From Antedon mediterranea (taxonomy: Eukaryota > Animalia > Echinodermata): DNA of 64,000 bases. The position numbers and the translations under genes are program-made. Below, piece by piece: positions 13,034 through 24,800 of the stretch (positions are counted from its first letter, which is position 1; every line of letters begins with the position of its first letter). The stretch is taken from contig NC_092671.1 in NCBI RefSeq assembly GCF_964355755.1, positions 22,456,070 to 22,520,069 of the forward strand, written 5' to 3'. The notes beneath the pieces are model-generated. The model was not told the origin of the DNA, did no database searches, and saw nothing but the letters and a program-made list of their open reading frames with translations.

Positions 13034-13118
13034 GTAAGTTTATATTTAAAAAGGTTCGTTCTGCACATGCCAAAGAGCATTCAATTGGTTAAAGAGCAGT
13101 GCATACAGTATGTATGAT

Positions 13119-13312
13119 TAGACTGGGTTCCAGCCCATAAATAGTAAAGATAAATAATTTGGCACATATGGTATGATAACCTACGTTATTCTTGCAAATC
13201 GATTTCTTCACATATTTCCCCAGTGCGTAAATCTGAGTATTATATTATACGTATGAAACGCCATATGTGCCAAAATATTTATGTTTACTATTTACGAGCT
13301 GGAACCAGTCTA
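13119..13312. mobile_element. MITE with long TIRs starting TAGACTGG(G)TTCCAGC
   Basis: About 55-bp imperfect inverted ends; paralogous copy 35646-35858. Confidence 0.65.
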
Positions 13313-14176
13313 ATGTAGGATGGAAGTCTAAGGTTGTCATATGTACCTGTAGGCCTATACTTCTGTATTTAAGCATTTTAATTTGAATATTGTTGAACAT
13401 TAAAGGGAAAGAGATCAATATAGTGTTATTTTTGAACAAGTACAGTACTACAGTAGTTATAAAATATAGGCCGGTTGTTGGTCGCAAATATTCAATTTCT
13501 CGATTCTAAGTGGATAGCTGTTATGTGACATCAAAATAGAATTATTTTTTTAGGACAAATACATCTGTAAGAGATGATAGAATAATTGCATTTTTGTTTT
13601 TCTCATTTTGCAGGCAAGGAAGAGGTAGCGAAATTGTTGACATTCCCAATCCAAAATTGGATAATTATAAGGATGAAAGTTAAGAATGAAAAAATGATGA
13701 GTGATAAGACAGAGTTTTTGATTTTAAAAGGTTTGAAAATTGATATAACATTACAGTGTGTTACTATTAGAAGTTGGGGGAGGGGGGGTGACTATTTGTG
13801 TAGTGGGTTATTATTATTAATCTTAAATTAGGCACCTGAAAATAGTAACCCACCCCAACTTTTCCGGTCAGCAAATCATAGAAAAATAATAAAAAAGTAC
13901 AAATAAATACATTTGTTTGAACTCTAACTTTATTTTATAAACTCAAAAACTCTAAATCCTCCCGAGATCAACTTGCATTATCTCCTTATTTTCAAAATAC
14001 GACGACTGCATAATAAATGACCAGTCTTTATAATGTCATGTTGTCAATAGTTTTTGTGACTCTAATATTAACCTCCCCCATGGGTTTCTATCAGAGTAGT
14101 AGGTTATTATTATAGATTGACTTATAAGTTGGGTTACTACTAGAAGGGGTGTTTCTATTAGAATTGACGGTACATG

Positions 14177-14330
14177 CAGGGCCGTACGCAGGATTTGATT
14201 TGGGTGGGTGCGGATTTATATATTTTGGACCATTTTCATAATATTGAGTACTTATTTATTTTATGACCCTATAAAATGTGGACCTTTTGCAATTTGGGGG
14301 GTACGCACCCCTCCTGTGCATACGGCCCTG
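14177..14330. mobile_element. hAT-like MITE with 5-bp TSD
   Basis: TIR CAGGGCCGTA(C/T)GCA, TSD ACATG; empty site GGTACATGATT in the paralog near 37005. Confidence 0.85.
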
Positions 14331-16852
14331 ACATGATTATGGTATAAAGCTGATCAATTTGGAAATGTTCACAATATTGAAGTGTAATTTATTAAGTTAT
14401 TCAGTGATTAAATATTTCAAAGTTTAATGCTTATCAGCTAAAATGTCAATGTTTCTAATTTATTTTTCTTTACATTATGATCATTTATTTATACATAAAA
14501 ATCATCACATATAAGACAAGAACAATTGTCCTGTAATTGATCCTGCTGGAGATAGATTTCATACATGTTAATAACGTCAAATGTTTTTAAACAAAATTAC
14601 CGGTATGAATATGAAAATATGAAGCACAATTAGTGTAGTCTGTTCCTTAATAACATTCTTAAAATTAATACTTTAACAGACTGAAATTAGGAACTATCCA
14701 GTGTATGTTCGATTCAATTAATAGTATTCTTAACACAGTACATTACTGTAGCAGCTTTGAGCGAGTAGCCAGATTTCTAATTCTTACATGATTGTACAGT
14801 AGAACAAATCATCAATAAAATAATCCAATACTAATCTTCCCTGATTGTTAATTATTAAAAATGAGTTATTGTAGATGAATCTAAAGATGTTAAAAACCAC
14901 ATGGACAATTGTTATTTAAATATTTTTAACGTCATGACAATACAAATTACATATTTAGATTATGACATCAACTAAGAACAATATAGCCATAGAAAATGAG
15001 AAAAACTGCAACCAGCTGCCCAAGAACATTTACTCCATCAACACATCAGACACTATAGGCCTATATGAAAAGGAAAAATACATTGTTAATGTTAACACAA
15101 AGAGTACCAGACAACATAACTCTTTTGGGATCATTTGAGCCACCAGTTATTGCGTCAGTTATGCCAGTACATTTTTTATTTATTTATTTTACATGTGCCA
15201 AAAAGTATGTGTGATTTTGAAAATAAAGTTGTTTTCTTTTGGTCTTTGTTTTATTCTGCAAATTGTGTTTTTTAAATGTTGAAATTAGTTTTTTTTATAA
15301 TTAGTTACCATTACCAATATTAATAATTACCGTAATATTCATTTTATCGATAACAGAAATATTGGTTCTGTGCCGCGCCTATCAAGCTAATTGTTTTTGT
15401 CTGTCAAACATACATTTTAATACGTTTGGGATCACATATTGTTATAAACTCCCAAGTGCATAAGAAATGGAAAAGTACAATTAAAAAACGGGAAATATTG
15501 TGTTTATGAGATGAGCCTTGTTGTTTGGGGTATGTATAATAATGATATGCAGAAATAAGAAAAGACGTAAAAAGAAAAGAAATATAGGCCTACGATTAAT
15601 TTTATAGTGAACAAAACATTAAAACTAGATGTTAGATTAGTAAAATTTTGTTTTGTATTTACGACACATTGAATAGTATTTATCGGCTGTTAATAATTAA
15701 TATTTACTAGGCCTAGGCCCTATATTCATAAAACAATATGCATTTTTATGCATGCGCATCTTTTTTTTTGGGACTAACATAATAAAAAATTTAATACATT
15801 TTCATTTTGACCACAGTATTTGGTAAATAAATAATATAATTTTAAATCTATACAAACGGCAAAAAATGTATTTGGCACATTGCGCGGCTGATACCTCTAC
15901 TAGGCCTAGGCCTAGTTTAATGGCCATTTAGTTCTGTGTTTATTTATGGCTATTTGGAGGCCTCCTTTTGTTTGGTGCGCATACAAAAGTGGGCCCGATC
16001 ATCTGTTTAACTTTAACACCATACGCGAATCCTGGGCGAAAATCTACTATTCTAGGCCTACCTAGGCCTAGGCTAGCTAGCTAGAGGCCTAGGCCTAGTT
16101 AGGCTTTAGGCTAGGGCCATAGCCTAAGATAAGCTAAATATAAGCCTAGCTAGGCCCCTAGACTAGGCCTAGGCTAGTTATTTAATCTTGGCCCTAATTA
16201 ATAGCGATATACCGTACTATGCGGCGACTATAATAGTCCAGCTAGGCCTAACTTTTAGCTTAGCTGACTAGGCCTATGCAACATTTTGTTTAAAATTGGT
16301 ACCAACTCACCTCACGCCCAGCCAGGCGGCAAAAGCCGCATCACTTAGTTAGACGTACCTAGGCTAGGCCTAGAATAGAAGACACTGACCGAAAATTAAA
16401 ATACATGTCTCTAGGACCTAGAATTATTATAAATTTGGTGAAACAGAATTTAAACATTTAATTATTTGTTCTATATAAATTGTAGCCTTAAGGATTGACA
16501 CTCAAAATAAACATAGATAGGGTCAGTCGGTTGATTTTACTTCCCCCTTTTTAGTGTAAAATGGCTTTAAGGGTAATATAATAAATTCCCCTTAAGGCAT
16601 CGATTGTGGTATGAAAACCTTAAGGGGAAAGGCCAAAAAGGTTATATCTGCCATTTTACCTACAAAATGAAAACAAACGATTGTATCGTAATTAGAATCA
16701 TTAAAATATATGTTAAAACGCAAAAAAGATTATATTTAGCCGATATTTTGGTTTAAAACGGTTGTTTTCCTTATTTTCCCCTTAAGGTCAACATTTACAC
16801 ACTTTCCCCTTAAGGCGCCTACTAATGTACGTGTTATTATTATTATTATATT

Positions 16853-17380
16853 ATCTGATGCAGAGCTCGTCGGCAACAACACTGTAGATATAATCCATAA
16901 CTCGGCCAACTTCACTGATCTTGCCATTAATCTGTCGGGAAGTGGATACTTCTTGGAATTCAGCATTGTTTATTCTAACACATCCACGCTAGAAGGTATC
17001 AACTCAACGGAGTTTTCTGTCATTGAGGGTGTTTTCCACATATCAATCGCAGATCAACAGTATCAATCAATGAAAAGTTTTTGAGAAATTTGATGTTCAG
17101 TTTAATCTAATTGAAGATTTTATAATGGATATTGCAGAACATCTGGATTCCAAGGTTGGTGATTTTTTAATTAATTATAAGTCATTTTCAAATTGTCAAT
17201 GCAGTTCTCTCTCTAATTAACCATCGATCTTATATTTAATACTGCATTATAATTCTAAAATCACCATCAATTGCAGACTATAGTGACGTATCCAATCTAA
17301 GAGCAACTTCTTTTTGAAGACTACAGTCCACACCAAATTTTCAATGCAGGTCTCCTTCTATTTAACCCACTACCTTCTAA
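16853..17380 (+). pseudogene. PKHD1L1: Partial duplicate of the last PKHD1L1-like exon and its following intron
   Basis: Near-identical to about 10897-11410. Confidence 0.8.
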
Positions 17381-17459
17381 GATGAGGAGTGCCATAATCT
17401 CTATTCGTATACAAAATAAAGTTTGTAATTGTTAAATACATACTGTATATTGACATATT

Positions 17460-17553
17460 GTGGACACCTACTTCGTCTAGACTCTGATATCCCAGCTCGA
17501 GGAACAATGAGAAAAGTTAAGAGACCAAAGGGACGACCCAAAATCATATCAAA
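17460..17553 (+). mobile_element. RTE-like LINE C-terminal remnant (target of the BEL insertion)
   Basis: GHLLRL...RPKGRPK motif typical of RTE ORF ends. Confidence 0.5.
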
Positions 17554-17558
17554 ATTAT

Positions 17559-19760
17559 TGGTACGTCAGGGAAACTCAATACGTAAGAAAACAACAACTC
17601 CTGCTAATTGTATATAAAGCCTTTTATAAGCTTTGTGTATTTATTCAATCTGTAAGTAAACAGAAATAAGCCATACAAAATGTATTCAGAACAACAATAA
17701 TAACAATTTTAACGTACGCCCTCAACTCTAGCGAATCATGCAACAAACAAACTATCGTCAATCAAACAATTAACTTGCATAATTGTCGCTCCATAATACC
17801 AAAGATAGTGTAGTAGGAAGATATTACACTTCGCTCAAAAATTAGAGAACAGCTCGAGATAGGGCGCCTCTCACGACGAGTAGGGATAGACGAATCTGAA
17901 AGATGAGGAGCGCAATGGCAAATCCCAACGAAAATGGTGTTTTCGGCAATAAATTGTAAAAATAAGCCACAAAAAACATCAAACTTTTTTTTTTCTTTAT
18001 TATACAAAGTTAAAAATTAATATGATGTTTTCATACTGTTTTTGGATCTTTTTAATTGTTAATACATTTATTTGGAGTGAGTTTTGGAATGACATGACTG
18101 TAAACACTGAGCTAGGATCAGGAGGAGGCTCACGCGCGCCTGTAGACGCAATCATGAATGGATGCTGGTCATCTCATACCCAAACCAACCCGTACCCATA
18201 AAAACTCTTACTCATCTTGGTAAACCCCAGTCAAGTCTGAAGTCATAATGCAAATTTTACAGTATACAGTATTGTTGTTGGCAAACAATATATGATTTAT
18301 GAATAAATGATAGCAATTCTTCTGCAATTTCAATATTTTCTATACAGCAATTTCTAAAAACTCTAGGGGTAGGTAGAAATTATCTGTTTCTATAGATTGA
18401 TATAGAATTCTAAAACTTCTATATATAGATTCTATAGAACATTTTTTGTAAGGGTAGTATAATAAAAGGGGGTAAAGTAGGCCTTCCCACGGATATTTTT
18501 TTCTTTGATATACCTTACCAATATTAATGAACTCATCGGCTTATAATTAATAATTATCGATAATGTTAGGCATTACATAATCATGGCAAATTACGATGAA
18601 TGCACGAAAGTTTGGAGTGTTACAAGTATAATATAATAATTATTGGTTATTATTAAATTATTTAAATTAATAGATAATTAACAATAATTGTTTTTTTTTA
18701 AAGTAAAAAAAACATACCCGTAGTCCTAAATTCCTATCTATTGGATGTTGCGGTCTACTGGTACCGTATTCATTGTATATGTTTCCTCTTATAGACGACT
18801 ATTTGTATAATATTATTGATTACAATAGAGATTGATTGATTGATTACACATATTACCATACTACCTTCTCTTTTATTACCCATTTAGAAATAAACCATAC
18901 GTAATCGATTATTATATAGGGCCAGGCACACATTGTAGGCCTATTATTATTACTAATAGGCCCCTAATATATTTATTCACTCTGATAAAAAAGTGTTTCT
19001 AAAGCTAGGTATTACATTCTTTATCTCTGTCCAATGTTAACAATTAAATGTAAATAATAATATTTAAAAAGTTAAGTTGATTTGCAAATAAAAACATTAA
19101 AATATAAAAGAAATAAAATATGGTAGATATTCCAGGTACCTAAACAATTCCAGGTAATTGAAACACAAATTTGTATTCCAAAAATATGATTCATTTGCCC
19201 TTTCTATAAAGATAACAGTACATTTTATAATTATATGTTAATTCGTATTAAATCCTAATTTTACAGTCATATTATTCTTCTGTTATAATAGCCTATTTCC
19301 TATACAATAACCTTCCGTATCCCTACTCGACGTGCGAGGCGCCCTTTAAATTTAGCTCCATGTTGTCTCGCTTTTATTTGCATTGAACGAATAGGAAGTG
19401 TAACATCTTCCTACTACACTATCTTTGATAATACATGCGACGCCGTCAACGCACAACAGCGTTAATCACAGTATGAGCCTACTCGCGCTGTAGCTTATGA
19501 AGTATGATCGAGGCTAGCCTACTAGCTCGGCTTAATAAAATCACACTTAAGATTCTACTAACTAACATAATTAGACTCACTTCTTTGGCAGGATAGCTAA
19601 AATTACTATACATTATGGCTGTCTATCACCCTTCTAGTGACAACCTTATTGCCTATCATATGACTTGCTGCAACTAAAAACTTAAATCATCTTTTAATTA
19701 TACAAATGTTTCTTCCTTTCTACGCATGCGTGATACAAGCGATCGTTCTATAACGATCCA
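17559..19760 (-). repeat. 3' LTR of the BEL element (interrupted 17800-19434)
   Basis: Matches 28675-29158 plus 34200-34343. Confidence 0.9.
17800..19427. mobile_element. Non-autonomous P-element-like DNA transposon
   Basis: 33-bp TIR CAAAGATAGTGTAGTAGGAAGAT(A/G)TTACACTTC, subterminal inverted repeat AGGGCGCCTC..GAGTAGGGATA, 7-bp TSD ATAATAC; the other LTR has the empty site. Confidence 0.85.
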
Positions 19761-20212
19761 TCCTCCCCCCTCACAGAAAAAGGAGTTATTACATATAACC
19801 TTCTGTAGGGTAAATGACTACTATCTTATTGTAATATAACGATATACTTTTATATTTAAGAAATTGACCTTTGTATCGGAATTCAAATAGGTTCACAAAC
19901 TTGACCCAGAAAGTCCAGAGGAGAGTTTGTCCAGATGTTTTAATGACCATTTAGTTTATAATAGAATCCCTAAAGAAAACACTTAGCTTAATTTTGTGAC
20001 TTTTCCCATCGTTAAACCAGGAGTGATTGACACTATTTAAGTACAGATTTGACAGTGTCATCCATCACAGAAATACCTTATTATACCGTTAATCATTCCC
20101 ACTTAAACACCCCTGGATCAACTTAGGACCAATCATTAGCTCCATAAATGATGTAATGACATTATGCAAATGAACTGAGCCAATATACTCCCAAGTTTCA
20201 GAAGGGCCCAGA

Positions 20213-20420
20213 CACACCTTACAGCCACCTCACGGAGCACACACCTTACAGCCACCTCACGGAGCACACACCTTACAGCCACCTCACGGAGCAAACACCT
20301 CACAGCCACTTCTTCAGAAGAACATCTACACCTCACAGCCACTTCTTCAGAAGAACATCTACACCTCACAGCCACTTCTTCAGAAGAACATCTACACCTC
20401 ACAGCCACTTCTTCAGAAGC
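20213..20420 (+). repeat. LTR-internal tandem array of 27-bp and 33-bp CACCTYACAGCCAC units
   Basis: The 5' LTR has one more 27-bp unit than the 3' LTR (764 vs 737 bp); Gypsy-A has only about 1.5 units. Confidence 0.9.
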
Positions 20421-21507
20421 AGACCTACACACTTCACACCTCACTGACAGCATCATTGATCGTCCGTTCCTTATCTATATTTATAGTTGTATATTGTACT
20501 GAAGTATTATACTGAATAAATAATATATGTGTTACGACACACAAGCGAGTAAGAGTCTTTCATTAGTACCTCAACAACTCACATTATATTACATGGTGGA
20601 AGACCCAAATTTCATAAGGAACAGAGTGAGAAAACAAGAAATAAACACTTAACAAGACACGAAGACGAAGACAAAAATAACCATATTTGTTTGAAAGGAG
20701 AAAACCAGAAATTTACTTTGACTCAAAAGACAAGCTGAAATTATATTTGAATGAGATCGAGACAAGCAGAAATTTTATCAAATTATTACCATTGGATGAA
20801 GACAAAGAAGATAATCGAGGAAGACACAAAAGACAAGCTGAAATTATATTTGAATGAGATCGAGACAAGCAGAAATTTTATCAAATTATAACCATTGGAT
20901 TAAGACAAAGAAGATAATCGAGGAAGACCCAAGAAGAATCAAAACAGAAGTAAGCAGACAAGAACCGTTTCGTTTGGACACTTTCAACTTCACGCCGTTT
21001 TTTTTTTATCGTTTTTTTTAAACATTTACTTTTTTGACCATTTTGAACATTGAACACCTTTCGCATTTTTTTTAATTCGTTGTTTGAAAAGTTGAACATT
21101 GATGAGCACTTTAACATTTCTTTAATTCGTTGTTTGAACATTTAAACATTTTTGAACACTTTTTGCATTCCTTTAATTCATTTTTAATTGGATCCGAAGC
21201 ATTTGGGGTAAGTCAAAACCATTTTGATTTTTGATTTGTAACCTTGATTGAAAAAGTGAGAGTTTACATATATATACACTAAAATGGTTTTTTTTAAATT
21301 GTTAAAATAATTGTTTAATAAACCCACCGATAATAATGAGAAAATTCAGAACACCGTTAACGTAGTAAATGACGAAAACAATGTTTAATTTGTCAACGAA
21401 CATGATAGGACACCAACCCAATTGCAATCAGATACCCTGGCCTTACACATCCAACTAAAGTAGAACCCCTTAACGTACAACCTTACATTGACTGTGTAGA
21501 GAATAAC

Positions 21508-21846
21508 ATGGGATTAGCAGCCCCATTCCAAATGAAAGAGGAAGAAATTAAGGAACAAACTAATCTAATTATGACAGCACCTAATGATTCAAATATGACA
21601 TTAAACCGAGGTAGATTTAAAGCAGGACATTTCCAAGTTTTAGTTTCATATTCTAAACCGACTTCAGCCAAACGCAACACTGATAAAACAAAACACGAAT
21701 CTAATGATCGCAAATTTTGGTGGAATATTGACAGATATAACGATACAGATAAATTAATTAAAGAGATCATTAATGATAAACAGATACCGATAAGTGGATC
21801 GCCAAAACGATTCATAAAACGTTTGTATAATGCAACGAATTACTGA
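21508..21846 (+). CDS. Retained C-terminal 112 aa of Gypsy-A pol
   Basis: Differs from the Gypsy-A pol C-terminus at 3 residues; expression unknown. Confidence 0.4.
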   Translation: MGLAAPFQMKEEEIKEQTNLIMTAPNDSNMTLNRGRFKAGHFQVLVSYSKPTSAKRNTDKTKHESNDRKFWWNIDRYNDTDKLIKEIINDKQIPISGSPKRFIKRLYNATNY

Positions 21847-24800
21847 TTTAAATTTTTTTTTGCAAGATTATTTTTAAATTACGACATTTGCTAAATTAAT
21901 GATAGCATAGTCTACGTATTTGATGAGATTTGTTCAATAATAATGTGATTTCAGTTAAAAGAGAATTAAAATTGATTAAGTATTGATTTTGTAACGAGTT
22001 TTTTTGATAAAGATTAAATTTGAATTTTGATGATCGATATATTGAGATATTGAAAAGAACGACAAGCATTTTGTAACAAATATTTTGTTTAACCTTTGAG
22101 TCGTTAATCTCAAGCATTAATTAATTGATATACAATAACAGAAGATTTTCTTAGTACTTTTAATTGTAATTTTTTTTTACATTAAGTACAAAAGTCGAAT
22201 TTGTCGATTGATTGAAATCGTAATTACCTGTGAATATAAATGCTTAAATCGATAAAGTTGTGATGATAACGATATATTGTGGATAAGTTTGTGTCAACGG
22301 GACACACACATTTGTTTCTTTAAAGTTTTAAGTGATTAAGTTTGATATTTTGATTTTAGGCTAATCAGCCACAGTTTTCATGAGTTTATGTTTTAATTTG
22401 ATGATTTATGTTTGAAGGCCATTAGAACGCGATGAGTTGTCGCACGAATTTGATGTATGTTCAATGTAACATTCTATTTTTAAGTTTTGTATTTTTATTT
22501 TTAACCGATTTTTGTTTGATTTACGCTAATTTTATACCAAATTCATTTTTAATTTTTTTTAAGAGAGAGAAGAGAGAGAGAGAGTGAAAGTGATAAGGTT
22601 ACACTTCAGAGTCAATGGTTTTGGCTAACTCAATTTTGCATATATGTATAATAATGTTTTTTTTCTTTTATATAACTTTAATTTTGCATGCCACTATTAT
22701 AACCATTTTTATATGTTAAATAGATTAGAAAAAAAAAGGGAAACAGAGGGATGTAATATAACGATATACTTTTCTATTTAAGAAATTGACCTTTGTATCG
22801 GAATTCAAATAGGTTCACAAACTTGACCCAGAAAGTCCAGAGGAGAGTTTGTCCAGATGTTTTAATGACCATTTAGTTTATAATAGAATCCCTAAAGAAA
22901 ACACTTAGCTTAATTTTGTGACTTTTCCCATCGTTAAACCAGGAGTGATTGACACTATTTAAGTACAGATTTGACAGTGTCATCCATCACAGAAATACCT
23001 TATTATACCGTTAATCATTCCCACTTAAACACCCCTGGATCAACTTAGGACCAATCATTAGCTCCATAAATGATGTAATGACATTATGCAAATAAACTGA
23101 GCCAATATACTCCCAAGTTTCAGAAGGGCCCAGACACACCTTACAGCCACCTCACGGAGCACACACCTTACAGCCACCTCACGGAGCAAACACCTCACAG
23201 CCACTTCTTCAGAAGAACATCTACACCTCACAGCCACTTCTTCAGAAGAACATCTACACCTCACAGCCACTTCTTCAGAAGAACATCTACACCTCACAGC
23301 CACTTCTTCAGAAGCAGACCTACACACTTCACACCTCACTGACAGCATCATTGATCGTCCGTTCCTTATCTATACTTATAGTTGTATATTGTACTGAAGT
23401 ATTATACTGAATAAATAATATATGTGTTACGACAGTCAAGCGAGTAAGAGTCTTTCATTAGTACCTCAACAACTCACATTATATTACATTATTAATTGGT
23501 CTTCGATATTTTCCCGTTTGAGTTTTGACTTGTACATTTCTAACTTTTCCATCTGCACCAGGATACACTTCTATGATCCTTCCCAATATCCATTTTCCTC
23601 TAATTGTATTGGGATCAGAAACTATTACGATATCATTAACTCTCACATTTCTCCTTTCAGTATTCCATTTTTTCCGAGGTACTAATAACGGGAACACGTC
23701 TCTTATCCAACATTTCCAGAAATTATCAACGATGCGTTGCACAAACTCGAATCGGTGTCGAAATGGTCCATTTGATATTCCACTTGATGCTCGTCCTAAC
23801 AAAATATCATTTGGACATAATAGCTACCGTCGTCCGGGTCATTTGGAATTCTTCCTATTGGTCTTTGATTCACTAAGTTACTAACTTCCATGAAACAAGT
23901 TTGCAACTCAAACGGCGTCAAGGTTTGTTGCCCAATGACTTTTCTTAAAGCAAGTTTACAGCTCTTGACTAGTGACTCGGCACATCCGTTTTGGTGCGGT
24001 GCCAACGGCGTTGTAAATTTCCATTGTACTCTTTTCTCGGCGCAAAACTCCTTTAACTCTTTTTCACTCCAACCCCTTACCATCTGTTTTAACTCCTTTT
24101 CCGCTCCCACAAATTGGGTACCATTGTCACTTAAAATTACAGATGGCCGTCCTTTTATGGCAAAGAATCTCCGTAATACTTGAAGAAATTCCATAGAAGA
24201 ACAATCGACCGCAACTTCTAGGTGCACCGCTCTCGTATTCAAACATGTAAATATCACCCCGTAGTGTTTTGTCGTTTTGTTTCTACAAACTTTAACTGTA
24301 TATGGCCCAAAATAATCGCAAGCAGTGTAAAGAAACGGTGGTGTGAATGGTGCCAAACGCTGAGTAGGTAGCTCAGCCATGAATTGATCTTCCGTTTTAT
24401 GATCCATTTTCCTGCATTTCACACATCTAAATTTAACAGTTTTCGCTAATTTAGCAACTCCTATAATCCAATATCTTGCTCTCACTTTGCCAGCCGTAAC
24501 TGCAACGCCATTATGTCCTTGTTCGTGCATTTTACAAGTTATAAGATATGATACACGATGTTCTTTTGGCAGAAGAACTGGATGTTTATTATCGTAGGCA
24601 ATTTTATTTTCTGCACCACCAGCTCTACCCCCAACGTAAATGATGCCATCTTCTTCGAATGGGCTTAACGTTTTGAATTCTCCCTTCTGTATTCGACTGC
24701 GCAGCGAATGCTGCGATTTGCGAATCCAAATCTTTCCGAGTCTTCCGTTTCTTGAGGTATAAGCGATCCTCCAGTGAACACTAGCTCATTTGTTTGTTTA

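Larger units (their letters stand above)
12360..16835 (+). repeat. Segmental duplication, copy 1 (paralog 34775-39385 plus 43737-43770)
   Basis: Long collinear similarity including micro-exons, MITE and AGGCCT-rich block. Confidence 0.9.
19830..23488 (+). mobile_element. Non-autonomous internal-deletion derivative of the Gypsy-A family
   Basis: LTRs 19830-20593 and 22752-23488, TSD TTAT, same PBS/PPT; the 5' leader is joined near 21300 to the pol 3' end (equivalent to about 6445). Confidence 0.95.

Noticed and set aside
16485-16820. Repeated CCTTAAGG motifs as Crypton or Kolobok ends
   Set aside because: Could not define paired termini or an empty site.
20136-20456. Minus-strand ORF with EVAVRC repeats (also 23058-23351)
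   Set aside because: Artefact of the 27/33-bp LTR tandem units, both multiples of three; no other coding evidence.
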